Shown here one piece after another: positions 29,777 to 40,327 of a DNA stretch of 64,000 nucleotides (position 1 is its first letter; every line of letters starts with the position of its first letter). The position numbers and the translations under genes were made by a program. The notes below the pieces were generated by a model. That model was not told the origin of the DNA. It ran no database searches and worked only from the letters and a program-made list of their open reading frames with translations. The stretch covers positions 4,606-68,605 of the forward strand of contig JAPLBY010000021.1 in NCBI GenBank assembly GCA_026392515.1, written 5' to 3'. Source of the DNA: Actinomycetota bacterium. GTDB lineage: Bacteria > Actinomycetota > Actinomycetes > S36-B12 > UBA5976.

Positions 29777-31486
29777 CTAACCCTTTGATCCGTTGGCAGC
29801 ATTTTCAAATGCTTTATCGCGATCTGCTTGCTCCATTGCAGCAACTTCTGGGTGATGCAAATCAAACGCTGGTCGCTCACTACGAATTCGCGGAATTTCA
29901 ACGAAGTTATGTCGCGGTGGTGGACAGGATGTGGCCCACTCAAGTGAAGCACCCCAGCCCCATGGATCATCGCAATTAACCATTGGTGCGTACTTGTTGG
30001 TCTTGTAGATATTCCAGAAGAACACAAACGTAGATGCGCCAAGCACGATCGAGCCAACCGTAGAAATCATATTGAGTGTCGTAAATCCATCACTTGCCAA
30101 ATAGTCGGCGTATCGCCGAGGCATACCCTCCACACCTAGCCAGTGCTGTACTAAGAACGTGATGTGGAAACCAAAGAACACTAACCAGAAGTGCAGCTTG
30201 CCTAATCTTTCATCAAGCATTTTTCCAGTGAACTTTGGCCACCAGAAGTAGAAGCCTGCAAACATCGCAAACACCACAGTTCCAAATACCACGTAATGGA
30301 AGTGAGCAACCACAAAGTAGGAATCACTTACGTGGAAATCAAGTGGTGGTGCGGCCAAGATAATTCCGGTTAAACCACCAAATAAGAATGTTGTCAAGAA
30401 GCCGATAGTCCAAAGCATTGGAGTCTCAAAGCTAACCGATCCTCCCCACATGGTTCCAATCCAGTTAAAGAACTTAACGCCCGTAGGCACGGCTATGAGC
30501 ATCGTCATAAACGCAAAGAACGGCAAGTTAACCGCCCCCGTTACGTACATGTGGTGCGCCCAAACTGCAACCGAAAGTCCAGCGATCGAAATCGTTGCAA
30601 ACACAAGTCCCTTGTAACCAAAGATTGGCTTACGGCTAAAGACTGGAAGAATTTCAGTAGCGATACCAAAGAACGGCAACGCCAAAATGTAAACCTCAGG
30701 ATGGCCGAAGAACCAGAACAAGTGCTGCCACAAAATCGCTCCACCATTTTCAGCGTCGAATACCGTAGCGCCAAACTTTCGATCGGCTTCAAGCATCAAC
30801 ATCGCTGCGGCAAGAACTGGGAAAGCCATGAGCACAAGAACGCTGGTAAGTAAAACGTTCCAAGTAAAGATCGGCATGCGGAACATGGTCATGCCAGGTG
30901 CGCGCATTGTGAAGATAGTTGTAATGAAGTTAACCGCACCCAAGATACTTGCCATACCTGACATGGTCAGACCAAGAATCCAAAGATCCGAACCCACGTT
31001 TGGAGAGTTGATTACGTTTGAAAGCGGGGCGTAGGCAAACCAACCGAAGCCGGCAGCTCCACCTGGGGTTAGGAAGCCAAGCATTACTACGATTCCACCA
31101 AACAGGTACAGCCAGTAACTGATCATGTTCAGTCTTGGGAACGCTACGTCTGGGGATCCAATTTGAAGCGGCATGATCGCGTTAGCAAAACCTGCGAACA
31201 ATGAAGTTGCAAATAAGAAAAGCATCAAAGTGCCGTGCATTGTGAACAGCTGGTTGTATTGCTCGTTGCTGACAAACTGCAAACCCGGACGGGCTAGTTC
31301 AGCGCGAATAACCAGCGCCATCAATCCAGCGATTGCAAAGAATGCAAACGATGTGACCATGTAGAGGTTTCCAATGACCTTGTGGTCAGTAGATGTCATC
31401 CAGCCCACAACTTTGTTGCCCTTTTTCGCTGGCGGACGCAATGGTGCCTGCGAAGTTATGGTTACTGGCTTATCTAAAATTGCCAT
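29777..31486 (-). CDS. ctaD: Cytochrome c oxidase subunit I (aa3)
   Basis: Motifs [21 protein letters not shown] and VAHFHY. Confidence 0.97.
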   Translation of the reverse strand: MAILDKPVTITSQAPLRPPAKKGNKVVGWMTSTDHKVIGNLYMVTSFAFFAIAGLMALVIRAELARPGLQFVSNEQYNQLFTMHGTLMLFLFATSLFAGFANAIMPLQIGSPDVAFPRLNMISYWLYLFGGIVVMLGFLTPGGAAGFGWFAYAPLSNVINSPNVGSDLWILGLTMSGMASILGAVNFITTIFTMRAPGMTMFRMPIFTWNVLLTSVLVLMAFPVLAAAMLMLEADRKFGATVFDAENGGAILWQHLFWFFGHPEVYILALPFFGIATEILPVFSRKPIFGYKGLVFATISIAGLSVAVWAHHMYVTGAVNLPFFAFMTMLIAVPTGVKFFNWIGTMWGGSVSFETPMLWTIGFLTTFLFGGLTGIILAAPPLDFHVSDSYFVVAHFHYVVFGTVVFAMFAGFYFWWPKFTGKMLDERLGKLHFWLVFFGFHITFLVQHWLGVEGMPRRYADYLASDGFTTLNMISTVGSIVLGASTFVFFWNIYKTNKYAPMVNCDDPWGWGASLEWATSCPPPRHNFVEIPRIRSERPAFDLHHPEVAAMEQADRDKAFENAANGSKG

Positions 31487-32280
31487 TAGGAGACTCCTGC
31501 TACTTCAGATCGACCTGAGTCGAGCTTGCCAATTTGTCCACGTTCTTTTAGATCTGCAATGTGTGCGTCATACTCAGCCCGAGTTACAACTCTTACATCG
31601 AAAAGCATTCGGGAATGGTCAACGCCACAAAGTTCAGCACACTTACCCATAAACACACCTTCGGTGTTTGGAGTAACTGCAAACTTATTGTTTCTGCCTG
31701 GTACAACGTCCATCTTCATTAAGAATGCTGGAATCCAAAATGAGTGAATAACGTCAGGAGAAGTAAGTTCAAACGTAACTTTTTCATCGACCGGCAACCA
31801 AAGCACCGGTGGCTCACCTGGAGTACCGACGTCATAGACGCCTTCATTTTCGTAGTTGAATGCCCACGACCAACGCCAGCCAACAACATTCACGCTATGT
31901 GAGCTGCTGTCGTCAACCTTGGTCAAAATTGTTTGATCGCGCTGAGTGAAGTAAAACAACGCCAAAATCATCAGAAGTGGCGCTACGGTGTAGAGAATTT
32001 CCAATGGCACGTTGTATCGCGTTTGCGCTGGAAGGCCATCGCCTTCTTTGCGCCGATAAGCAACGATTGCCCAGAGCAATAGCCCCCAAACCAGTACGCC
32101 AACAATCAAAGCTGCAAGCCAAGAACCCTGCCAAAGCGAGAGAATTCGATTACCTTCTTCGGTAGCTGGCTCTGGCATACCAAGGCGGCCATATTCTTTA
32201 TCGATTGAGCATCCGGATAGCAATACCGTTCCGAGAAGCACCGCAGATACGGTTCGCTTTCGACTACCTGATATTTTCAC
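31486..32280 (-). CDS. ctaC: Cytochrome c oxidase subunit II
   Basis: Lipobox LSGC, DVIHSFW and CuA motif [12 protein letters not shown]. Confidence 0.96.
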   Translation of the reverse strand: MKISGSRKRTVSAVLLGTVLLSGCSIDKEYGRLGMPEPATEEGNRILSLWQGSWLAALIVGVLVWGLLLWAIVAYRRKEGDGLPAQTRYNVPLEILYTVAPLLMILALFYFTQRDQTILTKVDDSSSHSVNVVGWRWSWAFNYENEGVYDVGTPGEPPVLWLPVDEKVTFELTSPDVIHSFWIPAFLMKMDVVPGRNNKFAVTPNTEGVFMGKCAELCGVDHSRMLFDVRVVTRAEYDAHIADLKERGQIGKLDSGRSEVAGVS

Positions 32281-32492
32281 GTGAAAATGAGCCCTTCAAT
32301 GTCAACCAAGTAAGAGCGTATTCGGCACGCCAATACAAGGATTTCTTGTTTCTTAGAATACCTCAAGCGATACAAATAGCGTGGTTTGGGACGGGCCAAG
32401 GGACCAAAATCACATTCCCAAAAACACCCAGCTGGAGTCGATGCCAAATCCTGCGCCAATGAGTTCAGAAGCGGTGGTACGCGTGGTGCGAA

Positions 32493-33254
32493 TCAGCTCG
32501 ATTCTGCAGGACCCGCCAGCCTGGAAAGAATCGGTGGAAGCGCCATAAGACTTGGCAAAAGTCGACAATATTCCCTGCGATCAATGGGTTTTGCTCCCAT
32601 TGACTCTAGGTGGCTAGTCATCCATTGGGTGTCGATAATTCGCCCACTGCCATCATTTAATAACTCGCCAAGATGAACTAAGGCCACCTTCGATGCATTT
32701 TTAGTGACATGGAACATTGACTCCCCTGCGAAAACCCCACCAAGTTCTAGCCCATAAAGACCACCTGCAAGCCTGCCTTCGTTGTCCCAGACTTCAATTG
32801 AGTGGGCTACGCCAATTTGATGCAGCGCGGTAAACGCGGAGATTACGTCCGTGTTAATCCAGCCACTTTCTCGCTCGGGATTTCCGCAAGCTCGCATTAC
32901 CGCTTCAAAGTCTTGATTAACTGTCACGCTAAATTTCTTGACTGCAGATTTAAGCGATGTTGCAACATATATTTGACCAGGATAAAAAATTGCTCGTGAC
33001 TTTGGCGACCACCAACCAATTGCGGATTCTTTCCCGCCAATTTCATAGGGCATCGGAAATAGGCCAACACGATACGCGGATATTAAAGTTTCCGAATCCC
33101 AGTTTGATCCAAAATTTGTTAGCTTTGGCCAAACGGTATCTGGATTGATTTCTAATGGAAATCCAGATGAATCAAATGCACTGATTGCAATTAGATCAAG
33201 GTCATCTGGTGCCAGCACGGGGTCAGGAAAATCATTCTCCTGAGTACTGTGCAT
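32493..33254 (-). CDS. aat: Leucyl/phenylalanyl-tRNA--protein transferase
   Basis: Motifs AYRVGLFPM, WWSP, AHSIEVW, GGLYG, FAGESMF, NASKVAL and IDTQ. Confidence 0.9.
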   Translation of the reverse strand: MHSTQENDFPDPVLAPDDLDLIAISAFDSSGFPLEINPDTVWPKLTNFGSNWDSETLISAYRVGLFPMPYEIGGKESAIGWWSPKSRAIFYPGQIYVATSLKSAVKKFSVTVNQDFEAVMRACGNPERESGWINTDVISAFTALHQIGVAHSIEVWDNEGRLAGGLYGLELGGVFAGESMFHVTKNASKVALVHLGELLNDGSGRIIDTQWMTSHLESMGAKPIDRREYCRLLPSLMALPPILSRLAGPAESS

Positions 33255-33260
33255 CTGAAG

Positions 33261-34238
33261 TTACTTACCTAAATGACTTGCCACATCTTGTGCGCATTCA
33301 CTTCCGTAGGCTTCCTTGAGCCTGGAAATGAATTCTGCTTTGTCAAGAATGTATTCCTGAGTTCCAATTGTTTCAATCACATATGTCGCCAATAGTGAAC
33401 CAACTTCAGCGCAGCGTTGTGGTGATAAACCCCACCCAAGTCCAGTCAAGAAGCCAGCGCGAAATGCATCGCCAACTCCAGTTGGATCTTTTATTGCTTT
33501 TTCTTGCGCAACTGGTACCGAAATGTCGAGCCCGTCGCGCGAAGTTATCCGCGCCCCTTTACTTCCCATTGTTGTAATGCGAATCCCAACGTGGTCCAGC
33601 ACTTCGTCTGCTGACCAGCCGGTCCGTTGCTCTATTAAGGTCGCTTCGTATTCGTTATTAAACAAGTAGTCTGCGCCCTCAACCACGTCAATGGTCTGCT
33701 GGCTATCTAGCCTTGGTAACTGTTGTGACGGGTCTGCGACAAATGGAATCCCCAGTGTCTTGCAGGCTTCTGTGTGCTTTCGCATGGCGTCAGGATCATC
33801 CGCGCCTATCAGCACGAGCTCAATCCCACCAACTTTTTCAGAAATCTTTGATAATTCAAGTTCAATAGATTCACTCATCGCACCCGGGTAAAACGAAGCG
33901 ATTTGGTTTTGTTCCTGATCAGTTGTGCACATAAATCTGGCAGTATGCGCAGTCTTCGAAATGTGAACATGACTGCACTCGACGCCATGACTTTCTAACC
34001 AAGTTTGATACTCAGCAAAATCTGTTCCAACTGCAGCAACCAAAATTGGGTTTCCGCCTAGTACACCCATCCCAAAACTAATATTTGCCCCAACGCCACC
34101 ACGGCGGATTTGCAAGTCATCTACTAAAAAAGATAACGATACATTGTGTAACTGGTCTGCCATTAACGAGTCATTAAAAAGACCGGGGAAGGTCATCAAG
34201 TGATCAGTTGCAACTGATCCAGTTATGGCTATGCGCAC
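33261..34238 (-). CDS. adoK: PfkB-family carbohydrate kinase, adenosine kinase (AdoK-like)
   Basis: Motifs GSVATDHLM, SFLVDDL, ADPSQQ and DPTGVGDAFRAG. Conserved position next to erpA; probable GTG start at 34238. Confidence 0.85.
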   Translation of the reverse strand: MRIAITGSVATDHLMTFPGLFNDSLMADQLHNVSLSFLVDDLQIRRGGVGANISFGMGVLGGNPILVAAVGTDFAEYQTWLESHGVECSHVHISKTAHTARFMCTTDQEQNQIASFYPGAMSESIELELSKISEKVGGIELVLIGADDPDAMRKHTEACKTLGIPFVADPSQQLPRLDSQQTIDVVEGADYLFNNEYEATLIEQRTGWSADEVLDHVGIRITTMGSKGARITSRDGLDISVPVAQEKAIKDPTGVGDAFRAGFLTGLGWGLSPQRCAEVGSLLATYVIETIGTQEYILDKAEFISRLKEAYGSECAQDVASHLGK

Positions 34239-34254
34239 AATCGGAGAGCCTAAC

Positions 34255-34293
34255 AAAAAAAACCACCCCTACCGCAATAGAGGTGGTTTTTTT
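34255..34293 (-). terminator. Intrinsic terminator downstream of erpA
   Basis: The minus strand reads AAAAAAACCACCTCTA-ttgcgg-TAGGGGTGGTTTTTTTT. Confidence 0.85.
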
Positions 34294-34299
34294 ACAAAA

Positions 34300-34647
34300 C
34301 TAACTAAACGAATCTCCACAAGCGCAGGATCCGCCAGCATTCGGGTTGTCAATTGTGAAGCCCTGCTTCTCGATCGTGTCTACGAAGTCAATTACAGCTC
34401 CACCAAGGTAAGGGACACTCATGCGGTCTACAACAACACCGACACCATTGATTTCCTGGCGAACATCACCGTCAAGGCTGCGATCATCAAAGAACAACTG
34501 GTAACGCAGACCAGAGCAACCACCAGGTTGAACCGCGATTCGAAGGTTTAAATCATCGCGACCTTCTTGGTCAAGCAATGTTCTAACCTTTACGGCAGCA
34601 GTTTCCGTAATTACGACACTGCTTTCTTGTACGGTCTCCGTTGTCAT
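34300..34647 (-). CDS. erpA: A-type Fe-S cluster carrier (HesB/IscA/ErpA)
   Basis: Motifs GGCSGLRY and NPNAGGSCACGDSF, with an AAGGAG RBS. Confidence 0.92.
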   Translation of the reverse strand: MTTETVQESSVVITETAAVKVRTLLDQEGRDDLNLRIAVQPGGCSGLRYQLFFDDRSLDGDVRQEINGVGVVVDRMSVPYLGGAVIDFVDTIEKQGFTIDNPNAGGSCACGDSFS

Positions 34648-34785
34648 GATTCTCCTTCGTTGTCTTAGTTTTCCTAAGACATAGTCAACGCTCGGTGTTA
34701 CCGTTGCTGTCTCTAGGCTACGTCACTCTGGTGAAAATAGCGATATCTGGGGCTAAAGGTTGTCGCTAAAGAATTGTGGCTGGGC

Positions 34786-35895
34786 CTATCTGCGTCCCCA
34801 GGTTTGGGACATTCTGGCACTAACTTCCGCCAATACCTCAGCTGGTGAGGCCATGGATCTCTCTCTGCCAGCGAACTCAGTCATTGAATACGCCGCATCT
34901 ATCCCGGCTGTTGCGCATTCGCGTTTGCCAAGTCTGACTTCGCCGGCCAATGCAACACAAGGCTTGCCTAAGGCTGCAGCGTGACTTGCAACTCCTGCGA
35001 TCACTTTGCCATGCAGACTTTGGTCATCGAGGCAACCTTCACCAGTTATGACAAGATCTGCCTTTTGAATTTCTTCGTCGAGTTCGACTATCTCAAGAAC
35101 AGTTTCGATACCTGCAACTCGATTTGCTCCAAGTAGAAGCAAGCCATAACCAAGTCCACCAGCTGCGCCGGAGCCAAGCGCTACGGCTGGATCCTTGCCG
35201 TCAGTTCTGCGACCGCACAGTGCGGCGAAGTTCTCCAGTGCGCCTTCAAGTTCCATTACCGCAAATTCGTCAGCACCTTTTTGTGGGCCGAAAACTGCGG
35301 TTGCCCCACGCAATCCAAGCAAAGTGTTATCGACATCACTAGCAACAATCAATTCAATTCCGGAAACTTTCGCGAGCGCCGCACTTAAATTAACTTTTGA
35401 AAGCCCCTTTAGGGTTGCCCCGCCACCATCTAGTGCGCCATCGGATGTTGCACCGAGTGCAGCCAGCATGCCCGCGCCAGCATCATTAGTTCCGCTTCCA
35501 CCTAAGCCAATTGTGATTTTCGTGGCTCCGCGATCAATCGCCTGAATCATCAATTCGCCGACGCCATACGTTGTGGTTACCCGAGGATCCCGATTCTCAG
35601 GCGCGACTATATGAAGTCCGCAGGCTTGCGCCGACTCAATCCAGGCTTCGTTGTCTCGCAACAAAAACTGAGCTGGCGTTTTATTCCCGAGTGGATCAGA
35701 GACGATCGCCGTTACTAGTTCACCGCCCAAGACTGCATGTAGCCCACCCACAAATCCTGGCCCACCATCAGATAATGGCGCAATAACTACTTCATCATCT
35801 GGATGAATTTGCAGCCAACCATCTCGGATGGCATTTGCTGCCTCAACTGAAGTCAAAGTGCCCGTGAAACAGTCTGGGCTAACTAAAACGCGCAT
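34786..35895 (-). CDS. glxK: Glycerate kinase
   Basis: Motifs SPDCFTGTL, PLSDGGPG, GLGGSGTNDAG, FGPQKGA and ITGEG. Confidence 0.92.
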   Translation of the reverse strand: MRVLVSPDCFTGTLTSVEAANAIRDGWLQIHPDDEVVIAPLSDGGPGFVGGLHAVLGGELVTAIVSDPLGNKTPAQFLLRDNEAWIESAQACGLHIVAPENRDPRVTTTYGVGELMIQAIDRGATKITIGLGGSGTNDAGAGMLAALGATSDGALDGGGATLKGLSKVNLSAALAKVSGIELIVASDVDNTLLGLRGATAVFGPQKGADEFAVMELEGALENFAALCGRRTDGKDPAVALGSGAAGGLGYGLLLLGANRVAGIETVLEIVELDEEIQKADLVITGEGCLDDQSLHGKVIAGVASHAAALGKPCVALAGEVRLGKRECATAGIDAAYSMTEFAGRERSMASPAEVLAEVSARMSQTWGRR

Positions 35896-35918
35896 GCTCG
35901 TAAGTTAGCATTACGGCT

Positions 35919-36512
35919 ATGACTAATGAAGAGATCACGGGCGATATCGGAAATAACGAATCTGCCAATAGCGAATCAGGTAAGGGCCGGCCAACCCCGA
36001 AGCGAAAAGAATCTGAATCTGCTCGGAAACTTGGCATCAGTGTCCCAAAGGATCCAAAGGCAGCTCGCCGTGCGGCAAGTGCACGGGATCGGGAAGCTCG
36101 CGCTAAGTCCCGCGCTGGATTGATGGCTGGCGACCCGGCTTTCTTCCCACGTCGCGATGCTGGTCCAGTGAAAGCACAAGTTCGTGACTATGTTGATCGC
36201 CGTCGCACGGTTGGCGAATTCTTCGTACCCTTTGCGTTTGTTGTTTTACTTCTTGGACTCATTAATAACCCGACGGTGCAAACCACAGTTGTGTACGTAT
36301 GGACCAGCGTTTTATTACTAGTAGTGCTTGACACAATTTTGGTTGGAATACTTCTAGGCCGCTCGCTTCGCAAAGATTTCCCACAAAAATCAGATCGAAA
36401 AGGCGCAGTTTCATACGGCGTGCTTCGGGCCCTGCAACTTCGTCGCTTTAGAATCCCACCGCCACGAATCAAGGCTGGCGGCAAACCAGTTACTCCTAAG
36501 ATAAAGAAGTAA
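35919..36512 (+). CDS. DUF3043 membrane protein
   Basis: Motifs GKGRPTPKR, RDAGP, VRDYVD and LRRFRIPPP. Confidence 0.88.
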   Translation: MTNEEITGDIGNNESANSESGKGRPTPKRKESESARKLGISVPKDPKAARRAASARDREARAKSRAGLMAGDPAFFPRRDAGPVKAQVRDYVDRRRTVGEFFVPFAFVVLLLGLINNPTVQTTVVYVWTSVLLLVVLDTILVGILLGRSLRKDFPQKSDRKGAVSYGVLRALQLRRFRIPPPRIKAGGKPVTPKIKK

Positions 36513-36551
36513 GGCGTTAGTAATAACGGATAAAACGAAGGTGGATTAGTA

Positions 36552-36767
36552 ATGGCTTGGACTTGGATTTATCAAAACGAAGATGGCTCGCCGTCGCCAT
36601 CACTGCCGCCAGAAGCCGTTGTTACCCCATTCCCCAACCAAGCTGATGCGGAAGCATACATCGGCCAGACTTGGGAAGAACTTCTTGCTGGTGGCGTGCA
36701 GGCAGTGACTCTTTATGAAGAGGGCCATGAAGTCTACGGACCAATGTCAATCAAACCAGCTGAGTAA
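36552..36767 (+). CDS. Conserved actinobacterial hypothetical protein
   Basis: MAWTW...FPNQADAEAYIG..WEELL..GV...VYGPMS pattern, with an AAGGTGG RBS. Confidence 0.7.
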   Translation: MAWTWIYQNEDGSPSPSLPPEAVVTPFPNQADAEAYIGQTWEELLAGGVQAVTLYEEGHEVYGPMSIKPAE

Positions 36768-36828
36768 GTTTTATTCAATACTTGTGGTGCCTTGCGAAAT
36801 CGAGTCTGCAGTGTGCTAACCTAATGAT

Positions 36829-36950
36829 ACCGCATTACCAGCGAAGTTCGGTGAAATTCCGACGCTGTCCCGCAACTGTGAAGTGATTGAAAAATCGCAA
36901 GTCAGGTCGCCTGGGAATGTGGTTGTCGTAAAAACTCTCGAGGAAGAGTT
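36829..36950 (+). ncRNA. Cobalamin riboswitch (compact type)
   Basis: GAAGTTCGGTGAAATTCCGACGCTGTCCCGCAACTGTGA...AAGTCAG B12-box core. The closing stem pairs 36829-36844 with 36907-36923, and a P13-like hairpin AACTCT-cgagga-AGAGTT follows. It lies upstream of btuF and after a TG-extended -10 (TAACCT, 36817). Confidence 0.9.
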
Positions 36951-37010
36951 CGCCGAATCACACCTTGTGTGTGCTGAGTCGGATATTTCTTCGACCACAC
37001 AAGGAGAATC

Positions 37011-37943
37011 ATGTTTAAAAAAATCCATGTGGTCGTTGCAGTTAGCGCATTGTTGCTGACTGCTTGTGGCCAATCAGATACCTCATCGCCAGAAAGTGCT
37101 GCGCCAACTACTGTGGCCAGCTTCCCGGTAACTATTGAGAACAATGGCACATCGGTAACTATCACTGAGCAACCTGATGCAATCATTTCACTCTCCGCAA
37201 CAGCAACGGAAATTTTGTTTGCTATTGATGCAGGTGCTCAAGTTATTGCAGTTGACGACCAGTCAAACTTTCCAGCAGAAGCTCCCATTTCTGATCTTTC
37301 GGGATTCACGCCAAACTTGGAATCAATTGTGGCGCTGTCTCCTGATCTAGTTGTTGTTAGTTTTGATGTTGACGGAATTGTTGCTGCTTTAACTGCAGCT
37401 GAAATTCCAGTGCTGGTTCAATACGCCGCTGCAACACTAGATGACACTTACCTGCAGATTGCTGAACTTGGAACAGCAACTGGGCAAATCGCAAAAGCTG
37501 AAGAGTTAACTACCCAGATGAAGTCAGATATCGACGCGGCTATCGCGCAGGTTCCTGCCGAAGCAGCAGGTCTTACTTACTTCCATGAGTTGGATGACAC
37601 TTTGTACTCAGTGACCTCTGCAACGTTTATTGGATCTATCTATGCACTTGCTGGATTAACAAACATTGCCGATACCGCAGCTGATGCCGCTAGCGGGTAT
37701 CCACAACTTTCACCAGAGTTCATTGTTGCTGCAGATCCAGCCATTATTATCCTGGCAGACACTAAATGTTGTGGGCAAAGCGCTGAAACAGTCGCGCAGC
37801 GACCTGGATTCGCAGGATTGAGCGCAGTCACTGCGGGTAATGTAATCGAGCTAGATGATGACATCGCTAGTCGATGGGGTCCCCGTACAGTCGACTTTGT
37901 AAAGGTCATTGTTGAGGTATTAACTAAGGTGACTTCGAAGTAG
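37011..37943 (+). CDS. btuF: Cobalamin ABC transporter substrate-binding lipoprotein
   Basis: Lipobox LTAC and motifs IISLSATATEILFAI, PNLESIVALSPDLV and SRWGPR. Riboswitch-controlled. Confidence 0.85.
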   Translation: MFKKIHVVVAVSALLLTACGQSDTSSPESAAPTTVASFPVTIENNGTSVTITEQPDAIISLSATATEILFAIDAGAQVIAVDDQSNFPAEAPISDLSGFTPNLESIVALSPDLVVVSFDVDGIVAALTAAEIPVLVQYAAATLDDTYLQIAELGTATGQIAKAEELTTQMKSDIDAAIAQVPAEAAGLTYFHELDDTLYSVTSATFIGSIYALAGLTNIADTAADAASGYPQLSPEFIVAADPAIIILADTKCCGQSAETVAQRPGFAGLSAVTAGNVIELDDDIASRWGPRTVDFVKVIVEVLTKVTSK

Positions 37944-37965
37944 CTTTGAGGAAATTGGACTGCCA

Positions 37966-39000
37966 ATGAGAACTGCGACAGCACGACGTATGCCTAGATG
38001 GGTGTGGGCAATAAGTGCTGTCGCAGTTCTCGTGACAATAACGCTTGGGGTTTGCGTTGGCGCCGTGTACATCACGCCCACAAATGTTTGGGCTGCCTTA
38101 CTCGGTCAATTTGCAACTGGCATACCCAGCATTAGCGAGGCCCAGGAAACGATAATCTGGCAGTTGCGCCTACCGCGAGTCCTGCTAGCTTTTGTGGTCG
38201 GATCAATGCTTGCCAGTGCTGGATGCGCGTATCAAGGAACTTTCCGAAATCCACTAGCTGATCCTTATCTCTTGGGAGTATCTGCCGGCGCTGGACTTGG
38301 CGCCACCTTGATAATCGTCAACTCAAGCGTCACCAAAAATTTTTACCTACCCGTTGCAGCTTTCGTAGGAGCTATGGCTGCAGTTTCCCTAACTTATTTT
38401 CTGGGTCGCTCTGCCATAAGCGGCAGATCCTCAACTGCGCTCATACTTGCTGGTGTGGCAGTTGCCAGTGTATTGACAGCCTTGCAAACTTTAATTCAAC
38501 AACAAAATACCGACGTTTTGCGTGAAGTTTATTCCTGGATTCTGGGCCGCTTATCAACATCTGGCTGGAGTGAATTGCTGGTGATTGCGCCCTACATTTT
38601 GATCTGTAGTTATGTTCTTTTGCGCTATCGACGGGTCCTAGATGTTTTTTCAGTCGGAGATGAAGAGGCTCAGACTATGGGACTGCCAGTTTCAAAAGCT
38701 CGGGGTGCCATTATTGTTGCAGCTTCCCTTGGAACTGCCGCAGCCGTATCAGTCAGTGGCTTAATTGGTTTCGTCGGAATTATTGTCCCACATATTTTAC
38801 GTCTCATATCGGGCAATTCGTATCGCACCTTGCTACCACTCTCTATGATTTATGGTGGAGTTTTTCTCGTCCTAGCTGACATCTTGGCCCGAACCGTGCT
38901 CGCCCCACAAGAAATCTCCATTGGAGTAATCACCGCGCTTCTTGGGGCGCCATTCTTTCTATTTGTTTTGGGGTCCAGCAAGAGTGGATCGATCTCATGA
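37966..39000 (+). CDS. btuC: Cobalamin ABC transporter permease (FecCD family)
   Basis: Motifs LRLPRV, FRNPLADPYLLGVSAGA and IGFVGIIVPH. Confidence 0.85.
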   Translation: MRTATARRMPRWVWAISAVAVLVTITLGVCVGAVYITPTNVWAALLGQFATGIPSISEAQETIIWQLRLPRVLLAFVVGSMLASAGCAYQGTFRNPLADPYLLGVSAGAGLGATLIIVNSSVTKNFYLPVAAFVGAMAAVSLTYFLGRSAISGRSSTALILAGVAVASVLTALQTLIQQQNTDVLREVYSWILGRLSTSGWSELLVIAPYILICSYVLLRYRRVLDVFSVGDEEAQTMGLPVSKARGAIIVAASLGTAAAVSVSGLIGFVGIIVPHILRLISGNSYRTLLPLSMIYGGVFLVLADILARTVLAPQEISIGVITALLGAPFFLFVLGSSKSGSIS

Positions 39001-39773
39001 CGAAACTCACGGTTAACAAATTACGAGTTGACCTAGGGCGAAAAGTGATCATAAGTGATGTTTCGATCACGGTTGCTCTTGGTGATTGGATTTGTGTAAT
39101 AGGCCCGAACGGAGCCGGTAAATCTTCGCTACTGAAAGCAATCGCTGGGATTTTGCCTTCCGGTGGAGACATGTTCATAGATGATGTCAATCTGCGGGGA
39201 TTATCTCATCGGGATCGTGCCTGTTGGATTGCTTACGTAGCGCAAGACCCAATTATGCCCCCAGGGATGACGGTATTTAACTACGTTTTGCTAGGACGAA
39301 CTGCGCATTTAAAAATGTTGGCAAGTGAATCGCATGTGGATTTTGAAGTGGCTCACTTTGTGATTACTGAATTAGGTCTAGAAGCATTCTTAGATCGAGA
39401 TGTTATGACATTGTCTGGTGGTGAACGCCAGCGAGTGGCAATAGCTCGGGCACTGACCCAAGCGAGCCCAATCATTTTGCTAGATGAACCTACCACCGCT
39501 CTTGACGTCGGGTACCAGCAGGAAGTTCTCGAATTGATTGATCGCCTTTGTAAAGAAAAAAAGATTGCAGTAATAAGTACTATGCACGATTTAACAGTTG
39601 CTGGACTTTATCCAAAAGAATTACTGCTACTGCATCATGGGAAAATTTATGATGCAGGTAAACCTGACCAAGTCTTGACTCGCGAAAACATAGCTGAAGT
39701 GTATGGTGCAAACATTGAAATCATTTCTACAAATGGAATGCTGGCTGTCATTCCAGTTCGGTTACAGACATGA
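38997..39773 (+). CDS. btuD: Cobalamin ABC transporter ATP-binding protein
   Basis: Motifs GPNGAGKS, LSGGERQR, LLDEPT and MHD. Confidence 0.85.
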   Translation: MTKLTVNKLRVDLGRKVIISDVSITVALGDWICVIGPNGAGKSSLLKAIAGILPSGGDMFIDDVNLRGLSHRDRACWIAYVAQDPIMPPGMTVFNYVLLGRTAHLKMLASESHVDFEVAHFVITELGLEAFLDRDVMTLSGGERQRVAIARALTQASPIILLDEPTTALDVGYQQEVLELIDRLCKEKKIAVISTMHDLTVAGLYPKELLLLHHGKIYDAGKPDQVLTRENIAEVYGANIEIISTNGMLAVIPVRLQT

Positions 39774-40327
39774 ACCAAAATGTGACATTAGTTATTGGAG
39801 GTGCACGAAGTGGAAAGTCACATTTTGCTGAATCTCTTCCTCCGCAAAACCAAATAGTCACATACATCGCAACTGCACCTAAATTTGAAATTGATCCAGA
39901 GTGGCAAATTCGTGTGGCTACCCATAAAGATAGGCGCCCAAAACATTGGACGACAATTGAGACCATTAATCTCGATCAAATATTAACAGAATCGAAGTCA
40001 GGGGACTTTTTAATTATTGATTGCCTCACTTTATGGTGCAGCGCGACAATCGATGAACAAAATGGCTGGGCAAGAATTGAAGATAATGATGAGTTAATGG
40101 AAGTTGAAACTGAATTAGCCGCAAGGTTTCAAAATTTAACAATGAGTTTAGCGGCCACTTTGAGTCAAGTTGTTATTGTGACAAATGAAGTTGGATACGG
40201 AATCACGCCAGATTCGACAACAGTCAGATTCTTTCGTGATCAACTCGGCAAACTCAATATCGCAGTTGCTAAAATTGCCAGCGAAGTCTTTCAAGTAACT
40301 GCTGGGATTCCAATCAAACTAAAGTGA
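39770..40327 (+). CDS. cobU: Adenosylcobinamide kinase / adenosylcobinamide-phosphate guanylyltransferase
   Basis: Motifs GGARSGKS, YIATA, RVATHKDRRP, IDCLTLW, VTNEVGYG and FRDQLG. Confidence 0.92.
   Translation: MNQNVTLVIGGARSGKSHFAESLPPQNQIVTYIATAPKFEIDPEWQIRVATHKDRRPKHWTTIETINLDQILTESKSGDFLIIDCLTLWCSATIDEQNGWARIEDNDELMEVETELAARFQNLTMSLAATLSQVVIVTNEVGYGITPDSTTVRFFRDQLGKLNIAVAKIASEVFQVTAGIPIKLK

Noticed and set aside
32277-32492. Short ORFs and a possible CRP-like site upstream of ctaC
   Set aside because: The ORFs have no coding features or RBS, and the TGTGA-N6-TCCCT match is too weak to call.
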